Shown: positions 12,325-25,279 of the stretch, piece after piece
How positions within the stretch are numbered: the first letter of the stretch is position 1
Layout: each line of letters opens with the position of its first letter
Assembly (NCBI RefSeq): GCF_006345805.1
Contig: NC_043002.1
Location: 79,980,001-80,044,000, forward strand
DNA: 64,000 bases
Direction of reading: 5' to 3'
Origin: Octopus sinensis
Lineage: Eukaryota
Position numbers and translations under genes: made by a program
Notes under the pieces: generated by a model
Database searches by the model: none
The model's input: the letters and a program-made list of their open reading frames with translations, nothing else
What the model was told of the DNA's origin: nothing

Positions 12325-12828
12325 TACATATTATATATAGCACGTAAATATTCATGATTAAAATTTTTTGCAGTAAAATTTGGAGAGCACTCATTCAATA
12401 CAATCCTGAATATAGTCCAATGTTGAGCATAATATTTTTATTCCAGATGTGTAGAGTACAAAGTGTACCAATCAGTAACATTTTTCTACTATCTATTAAT
12501 ACAAATACGGGAGCGAAGTTGTTTCATTATACTCTTTATGCATGACGTATGTAGGTGTATAGGTACGTGTACTTAAATGCCGACGTGAACAAACTTTGAA
12601 ATACGTATACAGATTGGAATGCGCGCAGATACACACACACAGACACACACACACACACGCACTGAGTGGTCGCAGTTCGAAGACTAATATAAAATATACA
12701 CCACAGCACTCACGCAAGCACACACTTAGACACAATACATTCTCCCTGCCTATCACATACATATTCACATACATACCCCGTATTTATATATAGAGTCTGT
12801 TGAGAAGTCTATATATATACATACATAC

Positions 12829-12861
<33 letters not shown>

Positions 12862-12862
12862 G

Positions 12863-12896
<34 letters not shown>

Positions 12897-12927
12897 ATAT
12901 ACATGTTGTATATATATATATATACAA

Positions 12928-13223
12928 CGTGGAAGCGCAATGGCCCAGTGGTTAGGGCAGCGGACTCGCGGTTGTAGGATCGCGGTTTCAATTCCCAGAC
13001 CGGGCGTTGTGATTGTTTATTGAGCGAAAACACCTAAAAGCTCCACGAAGCTCCGCCAGGTGAGTGGTCTCGATCCCTGCTGTACTCTTTCGCCACAACT
13101 TTCTCTGGCTCTTTCTTCTGTTGACCTGCTCGCTTAGCCAGCGGGGTGGCGTCATTTGAAGGCTAAAACAATTGTGACCAGCGATGTGTAGCAACATCTG
13201 ATAGCCTGGTCTGTCACGGTGAT
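12928..13223 (+). mobile_element. SINE family D, near full length (tRNA-derived)
   Basis: A-box tggcccagtggttagg, B-box ggtttcaattccc, ~295 bp, flanked by (TA)n. The 3' part recurs inverted at 46805-46925. Confidence 0.85.
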
Positions 13224-13234
13224 TATATATCTAT

Positions 13235-13265
<31 letters not shown>

Positions 13266-14124
13266 GTGTGTGTGTATATATATACACATACAAATATGCC
13301 GTGTTTTTATACCCTCCAATATCCTCACATCCTTTTTCATAAAGTTGAATTTTTTTATATAATTATATTTTTTTTCTATTAAGTTTATCTCTTATAGAAC
13401 CTATTATCTCATTTTTTATTAACCATTGATCCCTAGTTTTTCAGTCAATAGAAAACGTGTACCCCTTTCTCAGATGAATTCTGCATATAATTTGGGTTTA
13501 TTGTTTGAATGCTTTTATCATGACCACCTTGAAGTTTGCAAGGATGAAGTATGAATCTTGTATTTATAAAGAATTTGTGACATTTATATTTAGCTTTGAA
13601 ATGTGTAAGCCCTGTATGTTCCTCGAAGCTTACTGGATCTGAAGTTGTTGAAGTAAAGAATGTGGTGAAGAGAGTTGAGAATATACTCATTTACTTCGAT
13701 GATAAATTGAAGATTGTGGTAATATTACGAGCAGTAGCATGTTAAAAGTAAAGGTAGACAGCATTATACTGATCTTACATTGCTTCATATGTTGGAACAA
13801 CCTACCTCTTCGCATGAAAAGTTTTATCACACGCCAGCAAATATAGTTTGCTGTTTCCTATACACAGCAAGACTTCCAACTTAGCATTGAATGACTAAAG
13901 CGGTATCTGTAATTGAGGAGACGAAGCCATTCTAAAACACTGTGTCTAGATGTCCGATTCACGTGGAAGTTCGGTTGAATGTGTATTTACACACACACGC
14001 ACGCACACACACACCACGCACACATACATAGACACATACACACTCACAGGTACACGCACACATACATAGACACATACACACTCACAGGTACACGCATTCA
14101 CACACAAACGTGTATGTATATATA

Positions 14125-15761
14125 CAGTATCTGACAGAAGTACGTACACCCCTAAAAATATTCGTTAAAATTGCCATTGCTCTGATAATATCAAAGGAAA
14201 TCAAAGTTTATACTGAATAAAATATATTATACATGCAAACATGCAAATTAGGAACACAAAACAATAAACATTTTCAAAATATATGAATGAAATATTAATT
14301 TTCAAACGATACAAACATATGTACAACCTAAAGTATTATTTGCTATTTTCAAAATTTGATGTGACCGCCGTTGCTTTCAATAATCGCATTAAGTCTTGTG
14401 GGCATAGTGTCGACTAAATTTCCGCATGTAACTGATGAAATCGACCTCCAGTCATCCTGAACGATGTCTTTCAACTGTGTTACATTGCAGGGATTTTTCT
14501 TCTCAACCTTCCCTTTGAAAATACCCAACAGATGTTCTATTGGGTTCAAATCAGGTGACAAGGTAGGCCAAGGCAATACCTTTACCTTTTTGTCTGATAA
14601 AAACTTAGTCATCATTTTTGAAGTGTGTTTAGAGTCATTATCATGGTGCAACATGGAAAGTCTTCCTAGTTCCTTGATGTTTTTCAAGATTGTTTTCTGC
14701 AATATCACAATGAAGCCTTGAATATATTGTTCTCTCAATAAATGTGAGTTCTTCTACGCCAGCCAAACACATGCATCTCCAAAGCGTAACAATTCCGGCG
14801 CCGTGTTTCACAGGAGGCACGGTGCATTTGTCGCTATTATCTTCACCTAGTCGTCGCCATACTCGTTTAATACCATCTGAACCAAACAGGTTGATTTTTA
14901 GTCTCGTCAGCAAAAAGAATTTTATTCCAAAACACTTTCCTCTTATTCATATAGGTTTCGGTAAAAGAAAGACGACTTGATTTATGACTGGTAGCGAAGA
15001 GAAGCTTCCTACGGGGAATGCATCCATGAAGACCACACTGGTTCAAACTTCGGCGAGCTGTTTGGGCAGTTTCACTCATTCCACTAACAGAAGACGCTTT
15101 TTGGGACGAAGGTGAAGCGGTACGACGTCTGTCATCCATCACGCAACGTTGGATGTGACAAATATCACGGGCAGTTGAAATAGAAGAAGGACCTACACGA
15201 TGTTTATTGCTTCGCCGTCCAGTAGCTTTATACTCCTGAATTAATTTGGCAACTGCATTTACGCTAGCATGTATTCGTTTGCTAATTTAACTTGTATCCC
15301 AAAGCATTCTGGTGCAAATTAAAACTAATTTTCGTCAAATCTTCGGACAATTCTTTCCTTTTCGGCGCCACTGAAATCACAATGAAGAACATTTTCACTA
15401 CGGTACACAAACCAGAATTATTGCAGGTGCAATAACAATGACCGGTGCAAAAATACCAGGAGGAATAATTTATCAGAATTGAAATTATCAGCAATATCTC
15501 AATTTAGCAAAAAACGTGGATAAAATACTGAATATAGCAAATTTCATTGGAGGTGTACTTACTTTTGTAACGTTTGAAGATTAATATTGCGTTCATATTT
15601 TTGAAAATTTTTATTGTTTTGTTTTTCCAAATTTGTATAATGTTTGTATGGATAATATATTTTATTTCGCATAAATTTTATTTGAATATCCTTCGATGTA
15701 ATCAGAGTAATGGCAATTTTACTGAGAATTTTTAGGGGTGTGCATACTTCTGTGAGATACT
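14125..15761 (-). mobile_element. Full-length Tc1-like DNA transposon (DD34E), ~1.64 kb, long IR/DR-type TIRs
   Basis: TA-flanked ends cagtatctgacagaagtacgtacacccct and aggggtgtgcatacttctgtgagatactt. The inverted similarity extends ~220 bp. Confidence 0.93.
14349..15371 (-). pseudogene. Tc1 transposase, DD34E, multiple frameshifts
   Basis: VAPKRKELSEDL..., WNKILFADETKINLFGSDG, VKHGAG, HDNDSKHTSK...WPTLSPDLNPIEH. I counted 34 residues between the second D and the E. Confidence 0.92.
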
Positions 15762-15795
15762 TATATACATACATATATGTATATATATATATATA

Positions 15796-15852
<57 letters not shown>

Positions 15853-15854
15853 AT

Positions 15855-16125
15855 ATTATATTATATTAAATTAGAGATAAAACCACTATTAAGCAAATAT
15901 ACAATGAAAACTTAAGCCAATACATAAGATTAATTAATTTATATTATTTAAATATATATCAAAATTATTAAAAAGATAATTAGTATAATTATACTAATTA
16001 TCTTTTTTAATAATTTTGATATATATTTAAATAATATAAATTAATTAATCTTATGTATTGGCTTAAGCTTTTCATCGTATGATTTGCCTAATAGTAGTTT
16101 TATCTCTAATTTAATATAATATAAT
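15855..16125. repeat. ~270-bp AT-rich spacerless palindrome
   Basis: attatattatattaaattagagataaaaccactatt...gataattagtata|tatactaattatc-type symmetry centred between 15988 and 15989, ending ...tatctctaatttaatataatataat, with few mismatches. Confidence 0.9.
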
Positions 16126-16201
16126 ATTTTACTATAAAATTGGATTCAATCCTAAATCTGATTTTCCCCTGTAAGTTTGGATTTATTCCCTAATATTTTA
16201 T

Positions 16202-16262
<61 letters not shown>

Positions 16263-16269
16263 ATATATT

Positions 16270-16322
16270 ATTAAAATTATAATTTAGGGTATCTACGAGA
16301 TACCCTACATTGTAATTTTAAT
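16270..16322. repeat. 25-bp-arm hairpin
   Basis: attaaaattataatttagggtatct-acg-agataccctacattgtaattttaat, 2 mismatches. Confidence 0.8.
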
Positions 16323-16416
16323 AATTATTATTATCTTTGAAGGTTTTTGTTCCCATATTGGTCACCTGATATGATCGGTATTTAAATATCGATCCTTATT
16401 TATATAAATTCATATA

Positions 16417-16449
<33 letters not shown>

Positions 16450-16734
16450 ACATATGCCTATATGTTATATGTGTATATATATATATATATATATTAGAGA
16501 GAGAGAGAGATTAATAGATAGATATTTTTGCGTATACGCACGCACACGCACACATACTTACACTCACACACACACATATGTATGTACTTATTAATGCACG
16601 TATACATATAATGTTTACTGTTTCGTTATATGCAGGGTCAAAGTTTCATACTGTGGAGTTACAATGATTTGGCAGGTTTTTGTCGAACTAGTTTCAGCAG
16701 CGTTCTCACAGGCTTCAGTCTCTTCTCCATTATA

Positions 16735-16935
16735 CAGGGTTGGCGAAAAGTTACCCGACAATGAAATAAATCCGTTTAATTCTAAGGTTAAAAAAAAAGA
16801 ATTCTTTTATAAATAGACACATGTTGAAAACTCACAGCATTCAGTTATTAAACATTCATAACTGGAATAAATAAATAAAATTGATTTTTAAGTATTTAGG
16901 AAATGTTGATTTACTGTCGGGTGACTTTTCGCCAA
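16735..16935. mobile_element. Tc1/mariner-type MITE (~200 bp)
   Basis: TA + cagggttggcgaaaagttacccgaca ... tgtcgggtgacttttcgccaa. Non-coding AT-rich interior; the last bases of the right TIR are missing. Confidence 0.7.
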
Positions 16936-17235
16936 AAAATCTATTATTCTATATCATCTAGATTAATTAAGATATCTACTAACAAATAGAACGAAGATCT
17001 TGTTTTCTTACATTTTTTCTTTTCCTTCAACTTTTTGGAAAATGTTCTTCGCGTTTTTCTTCCCTTGTTTTTTTCTCATGCTTTTCTTATGGATCAGCGT
17101 TATGGTTCTGAAATATGTCTAACGCTATGCCCAAACGCCGAGCAACTTCTTAGGGACAGGTGGCATGTAATATAAGTCTGCTAAATTATTGTATCTCTAC
17201 AATATTTAACCATTAGTATGCCTATAACTGTGCGT

Positions 17236-17272
<37 letters not shown>

Positions 17273-17381
17273 CTTGTGCATGTACGCGCGTGTGTAGAAA
17301 ATGTTAAGATTATTTTAGCATTTTCTACCTTGTCCTATTTTTCTTATACATATCAACTCGTGTGTTCCTTTTCACCCTTCA

Positions 17382-17525
<144 letters not shown>

Positions 17526-17566
17526 TATATATACACCTTGGAAGATCTGTATATATATATATAGAT

Positions 17567-18303
17567 ATATACAGAGCTTCCAAGGTAGATGAAAGAATCA
17601 ACGACCGAAAATAACTTACTCTTAACAAAAGTTTTAGTGAGGCTACAAACAGCACTACGTGCAGGTTGATACATTAATGCTGTCTTTTTCAAGTTGATGG
17701 TCAAGTAAAAATCATTACCACCTGAGTCAAATGCAGATATAATGGACTACAGGCCTGTTTAAGAATAACTGACTAGGTCGCTATCGTCAGGGTATCACAG
17801 TTCCGTAATGAGAGAAGTAAAAACCTTTGTTTTAAATTTCAGTCTGGTCAGATTAAAAACATTGCCTGTTGTTCGATATTTTATGTCAATACCCTCCTCG
17901 TAGTTTTGAAAAGCGTGTGACCGCGCAACAGGAAAGTATATTGCGAAGAGGATGCATGCATAAATGTCTCCTTGCTTTATTCTATTTTCCACGGCAAAGA
18001 ATTCAGAGAACCTACCTAGCGTTCATATCTTGATGCAAAGCCCTGATCATGTTTACAAAGTTTTCTGGGCAACCTATTTTTCCATAGAATTAGCCACAGA
18101 GTATTTCGATTAACAGTATCGAATGCCCCTGCTCAAATCAACAAACCAGTGGTATAGGACAAGATTCTGTTCACTGCACTTTTTCTTCAAGTGTCTGTTA
18201 GTAAAGATACAGTCAACTCTGCCTCTGGAGGAGCCAAACCCACACTGAGACTTAGGCACCATATTTGGAACTATAAAGGTATTTAAACGTTCTAATACAA
18301 TAA
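17567..18303 (-). pseudogene. RTE-clade LINE reverse transcriptase fragment
   Basis: [18 protein letters not shown]...KCSEQNLVLYHWFVDL, IKQGDIYACILF, GIDIKYRTTGNVFNLTRLKFKTK, PDD (YADD decayed), [23 protein letters not shown]. Confidence 0.88.
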
Positions 18304-18445
18304 TACATACATGCATACATACCTACACACATACATATATATATACATATATATATGTATATGTATGTATATATATATATATACGTATATATATACATAC
18401 ATACATATGCATATATATATATATTATATATATATATATATATAT

Positions 18446-18494
<49 letters not shown>

Positions 18495-19249
18495 ATATAT
18501 ATATACATACATACAGAGGGAGAGAGAGTGGATGAGTGGGAATGAAAGTGAGAGAGAGGAAAGGCAGAGATTTTGAGAAGGGGGTAAGAAGTACACATAT
18601 CCATATAGCCGTACATAGTGCATTACTGTACAACGAAAGATAAGTCGGTTTTGGCTTCCTATCATAGAACATACAATAACATACAACATCGGCCAAACAC
18701 TTACTATATTGTGTGCTCTGCGTTATATACTAAAGTTACTTTGCTCTGCCGCTCTATGCCTGTAATGCACCGCTCAAAAAGAAGGAGGCCATTTGTTGTA
18801 ACAGAAGATACTCCTTCACTCCACTACTTCAGGGACGTTCATTGTAACATTGGAAACTTTACATATCAACGTTTGTTTTTATAGTTCTCCTTGACTTCTG
18901 TTGTACGTGCCTTTCTTTGCAATTTATCAACTAGACGTCAGTAGTTGAAACCATGGCATGTTGTATTATAGATAATAGTCTCGCCTCGGTGGTTGTTGTT
19001 GTTGGTGGTGATAGTGGTGTTGTTGTTGTTGTTGTTGTTGCTGCTGCTGTTCGTGGTGGCGATGTCGGCGGTGATATTTGGTCGGTAGTATTAATTAATA
19101 ACAGTGTTGAGTGCAGAATACTTAAAACTTATTCTCAAAGAGATTATGGTAATGTTTGTTTGGGTTCTGTGTGTAAAGGAGAAAGAAGAAACAGAGAAAC
19201 AGAACAAGAAAGAGAGAGAGAGAGAGAGAAACTTATGCTTGAGTTTGTG

Positions 19250-19285
<36 letters not shown>

Positions 19286-19744
19286 CTTATTTAGGTATGT
19301 TTACACACAGAGTGAACAAGAGTAGGCGAGAGAGACGGAATGAAAATGGCAGAGAAATTTTTTGAAAAAATGTACAGTGAAAGAGGCAAAGAGTGAGTGA
19401 GTGAGATAGAAATATATGGGAGTAAGGTGAGGGAATATATCAATCGTTTTAGGATATTAAAACAAACGAGCTTTGTAAATCTATTGGCTGCTGTTATTTT
19501 ATCTGTGTATATATATTTATATAACTTCATGTACAGGAGGTAATCTATTCCCGTATCAAGGGAATTGCGAGGTTTGTTTCCTGTTTGTTTTGTACCGTTT
19601 TTTCTAATTTTTTTCTTTGTTTGATTTTAATGTTTACGTTAAACATCACATTCATATAATATATATATATATACATACATACACATATATATATATGCAC
19701 ATACACATATACAACTATATACATATATACATAGATATGTGTGC

Positions 19745-19775
<31 letters not shown>

Positions 19776-19948
19776 CGCGTGTGTGTATGTATGTATGTAT
19801 ATCTTTTTGTATATTAGAAAATCTGAAAATAGCATAATGTGTTTATGTTATTCTAATTTTTCTTTTCACCCCAGTTCTTTTCTTTGGTTGCTTTCTATTT
19901 CATAATTTTTAGTTTCGTATGTTATCTTTGTAAAACAGTGTTAATTAC

Positions 19949-19991
19949 GTGTTTTAAGCCTAGCCGCCGTCGCACGGTTTAGCACCGCCAT
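19949..19991 (-). CDS. Candidate first coding exon (MAVLNRATAARLKT, phase-1 donor)
   Basis: CpG-rich patch in AT-rich DNA. Context aagATGGCGg and donor CAC|GTAATT. No recognisable homolog and no downstream exon established. Confidence 0.3.
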
Positions 19992-20118
19992 CTTTCTTGC
20001 GGCTCCATTTGTGGAGGCCACTCTGTTGCCAACAAGTTGTCTAGATTTCTTGTCTGAACATAACATTCTATTTCTCTTTATAGTTTTGGATACCCTGAAA
20101 ATATTCATATGTGCTGCT

Positions 20119-20125
20119 CTTCCGG
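20119..20125 (-). promoter_or_regulatory. ETS/GABP-like motif CCGGAAG upstream of the candidate exon
   Basis: cttccgg on the plus strand, ~130 bp upstream of the YY1-like AAGATGGCG on the minus strand. A single short motif could occur by chance. Confidence 0.25.
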
Positions 20126-20241
20126 CCTTACACAAGATGCTAAATTATGTAATTAAGTCACGTAATAAAACATTATAACATTGATAATGTTAACAATGAT
20201 ATATTACATAGACACGTGTTCTCGAATTCAAGAGAAAGTGT

Positions 20242-20367
20242 GCAATCGATTACATCATCTTCAGTACTCCACTGATACTTTATTTTCTTGAACCAGGAAG
20301 GATGAAAGACAAAGATGACCTCAGCGAGTTTTGAACCCAGAATGCAAAGAGCCGGAACAAATACGCG
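20242..20367 (-). mobile_element. SINE family A, diverged partial copy
   Basis: Reverse complement of ttctgggttcaaaactcgctgaggtcatctttgtctttcatccttcctggttcaagaaaataagtatcag. Confidence 0.65.
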
Positions 20368-21021
20368 TTTACTCTTCTTTTATATAAGGCGCCTGTTTAG
20401 TAATAACTGCCTCTCAACAGAGTGATTAACGTACGTAACAGTTCATAAATTTCTTTTATCGTCTTCTTTGAGATATAGACTTAGAAACTATATTCTAACC
20501 GAAATCGTCGTCGGCTATCTCGTATCCAAGAATTTATTCTTCTTGGCGGAACGTATCCTTTATGGCGATGCCGTTGATCATGATCACTCTGTAGATCAAT
20601 TCTTGTATAGAAGAACGGCATTGACTGCATGGCAATGCTGGTGGAAGACGAGGTTAAGTTTAGAGAGCCTTTCTGCCTTGTCGTTTGATTTCTTCCCTTT
20701 CTCCCCCGGTGGCTTTGAAGTTTGTTTTTTTTAGCTCTGATGGTGATGGAACACTGCCACTTGGTCAGTGAACGTTTTTGTGGTAGTGCAAAATGCTAGT
20801 ATAACCGTTAAATCTCTTTCATTCATCCTCTTTTGTGGTTTTAAAATAGAAGACACATTTGAGATTATGTAATAAGAAAAACAGCATATTCAAATAGGGT
20901 CTCTTTGATTGATAAGTTATCTCGATTAGCGTTGACTTATGATTAGAGAACAAAAACATCAACATCAATGACACTAATATTACCAAATATACAAAGCGAT
21001 GAGCAGGCAGAATCATTAGTA

Positions 21022-21212
21022 CACTTAGCAAAATACTTAGCGACATTTTGTCTGTTTTCACTTTCTGAGTTGAAATTCCGCCGAGATCCACTTTACTTTT
21101 CATCGTTAAGGGGTCGGTGAAATAAGTACCATTTGAGTGTCGGTGTAGATGTAATCGAATTACCCCTCCCTTAAACTTGCTGGCCTTGTGCGAAAATTTA
21201 AAATCAATATTA
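21022..21212 (+). mobile_element. SINE family A, diverged
   Basis: ttctgagttgaaattccgccgag...ggggtcggtgaaataagtacc...gctggccttgtgc. Confidence 0.7.
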
Positions 21213-21617
21213 GCAATACATCGGGGCCGTGTTTAATGAGCAATAAATATACATTATATTTAACCTTCTACTGATTGGATTTCAATAACGTTATAAGAAA
21301 TGGCTTTGGTATCATGTCACTGATATTCACTTGTAACCTCTATCCTTGAATATTCCTTGGCGGTGCTAATTTTGGATTCTACGTCGGCCTTATTTGTCCC
21401 CTAACATTCAGATGCTTCATCAACTGAATACTTATACAAGAAATTAACTGTAAATGGTTGAGTATACTACACACACATGTATCCTTAATGCTATTCTTAG
21501 GGTGAATAAATGTGACTTTATGTGACGAGGCCGGACCGTTCAATTACATGCCTGATAGAGGGCGAAGGAAATAGAGAAGGCGAGAGAGAGAAGAAACCAC
21601 CCCAGCATCTGGGAACC

Positions 21618-21906
21618 CGAAACGAGGCAACTTACAGTTAATCTCGATGAGACTGGAAGTCAGAACATAGAGAGACGGAACAAGTTCCGCAAGGCATTCT
21701 ATCAGCCATATTAATCATTGATTTTGCCAAGTAGCTACCGTTTAACTTCACTTGTAGGGAAATCGAAACGAAGAAAGATACTGTTATTCTCGATGAGACT
21801 TGAAGTCAAGTCATAGAGGGTGGGAATAACTTCTGCAGGGCTTTCTCTCAACCGCATTAATCATTGATTCTGCCAAGTCATCACCATTTAACTTCAGTAG
21901 TAGAGT
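21618..21906 (+). repeat. Diverged tandem duplication, period 146 bp
   Basis: cgaaacg...tctcgatgagact.gaagtca...catagag...attaatcattgatt.tgccaagt...tttaacttca starting at 21618 and at 21764. Confidence 0.8.
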
Positions 21907-23813
21907 CAGGAAAAAGTGTGTATGATCTAATTTATGTTTTTTTTTTTGTTTAAATTAAATTTCATATTGTTAAATTAGTGCAGTAGACGAAAAGTAATGA
22001 CAAATCGTCTTTGTTTTGATTAAAAACATTTTTAGTCTTAATCGAGCATTCTTATCAAAAGTATTACAATCAAAGATCAAAGCCATCACGTCGTTTTGTA
22101 ATTGCAGATTGTCCATTGTGTCCTGCCATTTGTGGTGTATGATTTGAGGGAGATTTGGCTGCTCTTTGTAACAAATCTACTGAACATTTAGTGGCTCAAA
22201 CGTTAGCTCCTAAAACTTGTAACAGATCACGACGAGATAGAAACAATTTATTGATTTCATGTAATCATAGGCTAATGTTTTTTGGCAATAGCCTCAGATT
22301 GATTAAAACATTGTGAGTGGAATTAGCGAGATAAGGTGTGAAACTTAATTTAATGTATTGTATATGCTATTGCGCCGTTGACTTAATTTATTGCCTTCGC
22401 TGACCTCATGATGGTGAATTCGAAGAGTCATTAAAGTTTCGAAAGATAACGCCACGCAGTATTTGTTCTAAGCATGAGTTCGAATCCAATCGAAGTCAGT
22501 TCTGAATTTCATCAATTTGGGGCGGGGTGGAGAGTGATAAATAAAGGACCAATTCATGGCAGTGGTTATCTTCTGGTATTGGTCCCGGAAATCCCACCTA
22601 TGACACCGGTTTCAAGGAATATCGACGCTTTGGCAGACAACATTGGTGTAGAAGAGAATGGATATTTGAATGTATGAGAAACTAACGGATTTTGCATAGA
22701 AAAATAAATCAACGCTGCGCAATCTATGGCACGAGCGTTAAGGTTCATTGTCATTTGTAACCAACAGTGGTTGATACAAACATCTGGTATTTGGTAGGGG
22801 CAGATTCTGCATCGTAGCAACGAATGCATTAGGTCCCTGCAATGTGATATTTTGATAATGTATTCCATCTGGTGTTGTGGTTTTTTGCATCTTGTCCTGA
22901 TTGGGGATTCTAAATCGTTCTCAGGTGCTTTACCAACAATCTATTATTCAACGCATTGAATTCCTAGACATGGAATTATCTACAAGTGGCTGAGTATTCT
23001 ATGGATATATCTATATTTAAAGTTCTTAAGTGGGATTAGCGTGACAATGTGACGAACTGTGTCTTTCATTTATACGTAAAATACAGTGAAAAGGGAAGCA
23101 GAATAATCAGCTGGACTAGTGACCCCAAAGGACTAGTGGACTGGACTAGTCACCTCCAAAGAATAAAAGTACGCTTTACCTCGATAGTAATTGAAGTCGA
23201 AGTATAATCATTAAACTGCAGTAAGCAATACATAATAGATAAGCTTATGAAAAAAGGAAATACGCGATCCTAATCCTTCCACTAATCCATGACAACAGAC
23301 AAATAAAACCTTGTCTTATAAGCACTAACATAGTGGATTGTTTATTAAGATTATATTTCCTATCCTTCATGTTAAACTTAATCCGAGATACTTTTTCTAT
23401 CTATGATTAACATGGAATTTTAATACAGTAAGGTTGTTGATGTGTTTGAGTCGAAACAAACATATATCACAAGGCCTAAGTTTACTATTACAGGAAAATT
23501 GGCTGCCTTGCTCACCCGTAGATATGGAGGTGTTGAAGCGTGGTGTTGAAGTTTCCTTCCTCGTTTAACTAAACGATAAAGGATTTTGTATACATACACA
23601 CATAGATACACACACACACACACACATACACACATACTTATATGTACATATATATACATATATATTCATATATATATATACATATCCATACATATACACA
23701 TTTATATAAATAAGTCTCCCTCTCAAAGTGTGTGCGTCATTCGGCCCTTGCACACATACACAAACACGCGCACACATATGTATGTACACACACACACACA
23801 CACACACACATAC

Positions 23814-23844
<31 letters not shown>

Positions 23845-24255
23845 CATAAGTACACTTAATAATCTTTGCCTAATTCCCAGGGATTGCTCAATGGACGCTG
23901 AAACATTTTTGAGATGAAACATCCCAACAATATCTTAGATTATCAACAAATGATTAGAATTTCAATTTTCGTAGAATTCGAGATGGTTATTTGGAAGGGT
24001 ATGATTTGGCTCTAATCTACAACTTCACCAACTTATCATAGAAGAAGGATAACGCTAGATAAAGAATACGGATTCCTGGATATAAACTGAAACTCAACAA
24101 CGTAATGTTCAATCATCTCTATTCATCACTATGTGATTACTTGCATATGTATGTATAGGTGTATATGTGTATAAGTGTCTCTCTCTTACTCTCTTACTCA
24201 CACACACATACTATATTATAGATGTATGAATGAATATATAAATATTATATATTAT

Positions 24256-24289
<34 letters not shown>

Positions 24290-24320
24290 ATATACGCACA
24301 CACACACACCCACACACACG

Positions 24321-24372
<52 letters not shown>

Positions 24373-24472
24373 TATGTATGTATGTATCGAATGTACACAG
24401 CTAAATGGTTCATCACTATTCAGATGTTGTCAATCCAGTGTTCGGCTAAAATACAAACTAAATAAGATGAGA

Positions 24473-24473
<1 letters not shown>

Positions 24474-24515
<42 letters not shown>

Positions 24516-24648
24516 TAATAATAATAATAATAATAATATAAGAAGAAAAGAAGATAGAGAATGAAGAAGAAGAAGAAGAAGAAGAAGAAGAAGAAGAAGA
24601 AGAAAAGAAGAAGAAGAAGAAGAAGAAGAAGAAGAAGAAGAAGAAGAA
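24474..24648 (+). repeat. Compound microsatellite (AAT)n-(GAA)n
   Basis: Direct inspection. Confidence 0.95.
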
Positions 24649-24935
24649 GGTGACGAAGATTTATGCCTCAGCTATCAATTCCAGTGCATATATCTTGGAA
24701 ATATCTACTGCATCTCATCACCCGGGTCTTATACTTAGCTTTAATTAATCATGTTAATTAAAAACTGGAAATAAATTTCATTCTAATTACAACCAGAAAT
24801 TATATTTAATGTCAACACATGTCCACTATCTACGTCACTGAATATTTTTTGATTGAATTAAATATATTTTTTCTTATGCACGTTACTCACACACACACTC
24901 TGACACACACGCATACATTCACACACACATTTCTC

Positions 24936-24985
<50 letters not shown>

Positions 24986-25129
24986 TATACTAAAACATTC
25001 GAAAGTGGATTTGTATGGATAGTTACATCATTGTGACTCACTTAACCTGCAATATCTGTTTCAATTACTCTGCATTCATACACACTTACATGCACACTTG
25101 CATGGGATTATCTATGCATCTATCCATCC

Positions 25130-25193
<64 letters not shown>

Positions 25194-25245
25194 CCATATA
25201 TATTATATATATATCTATATATATATATATATTATAGATATATAT

Positions 25246-25279
<34 letters not shown>

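Noticed and set aside
12931-13005. Possible tRNA gene
   Set aside because: A- and B-boxes are present, but the sequence continues into a dispersed repeat body with no acceptor-stem closure or poly-T terminator. It is a SINE head.
20468-20790. Frame open for ~90-105 codons on both strands
   Set aside because: No recognisable domain. Fragmentary RTE-like resemblances could be read on either strand, so pattern matching was not discriminating. It needs tBLASTn or RNA-seq.
22474-22868. Overlapping ORFs of 67 and 100 aa in unique sequence
   Set aside because: No motif, no convincing splice pair, and a length within chance expectation.
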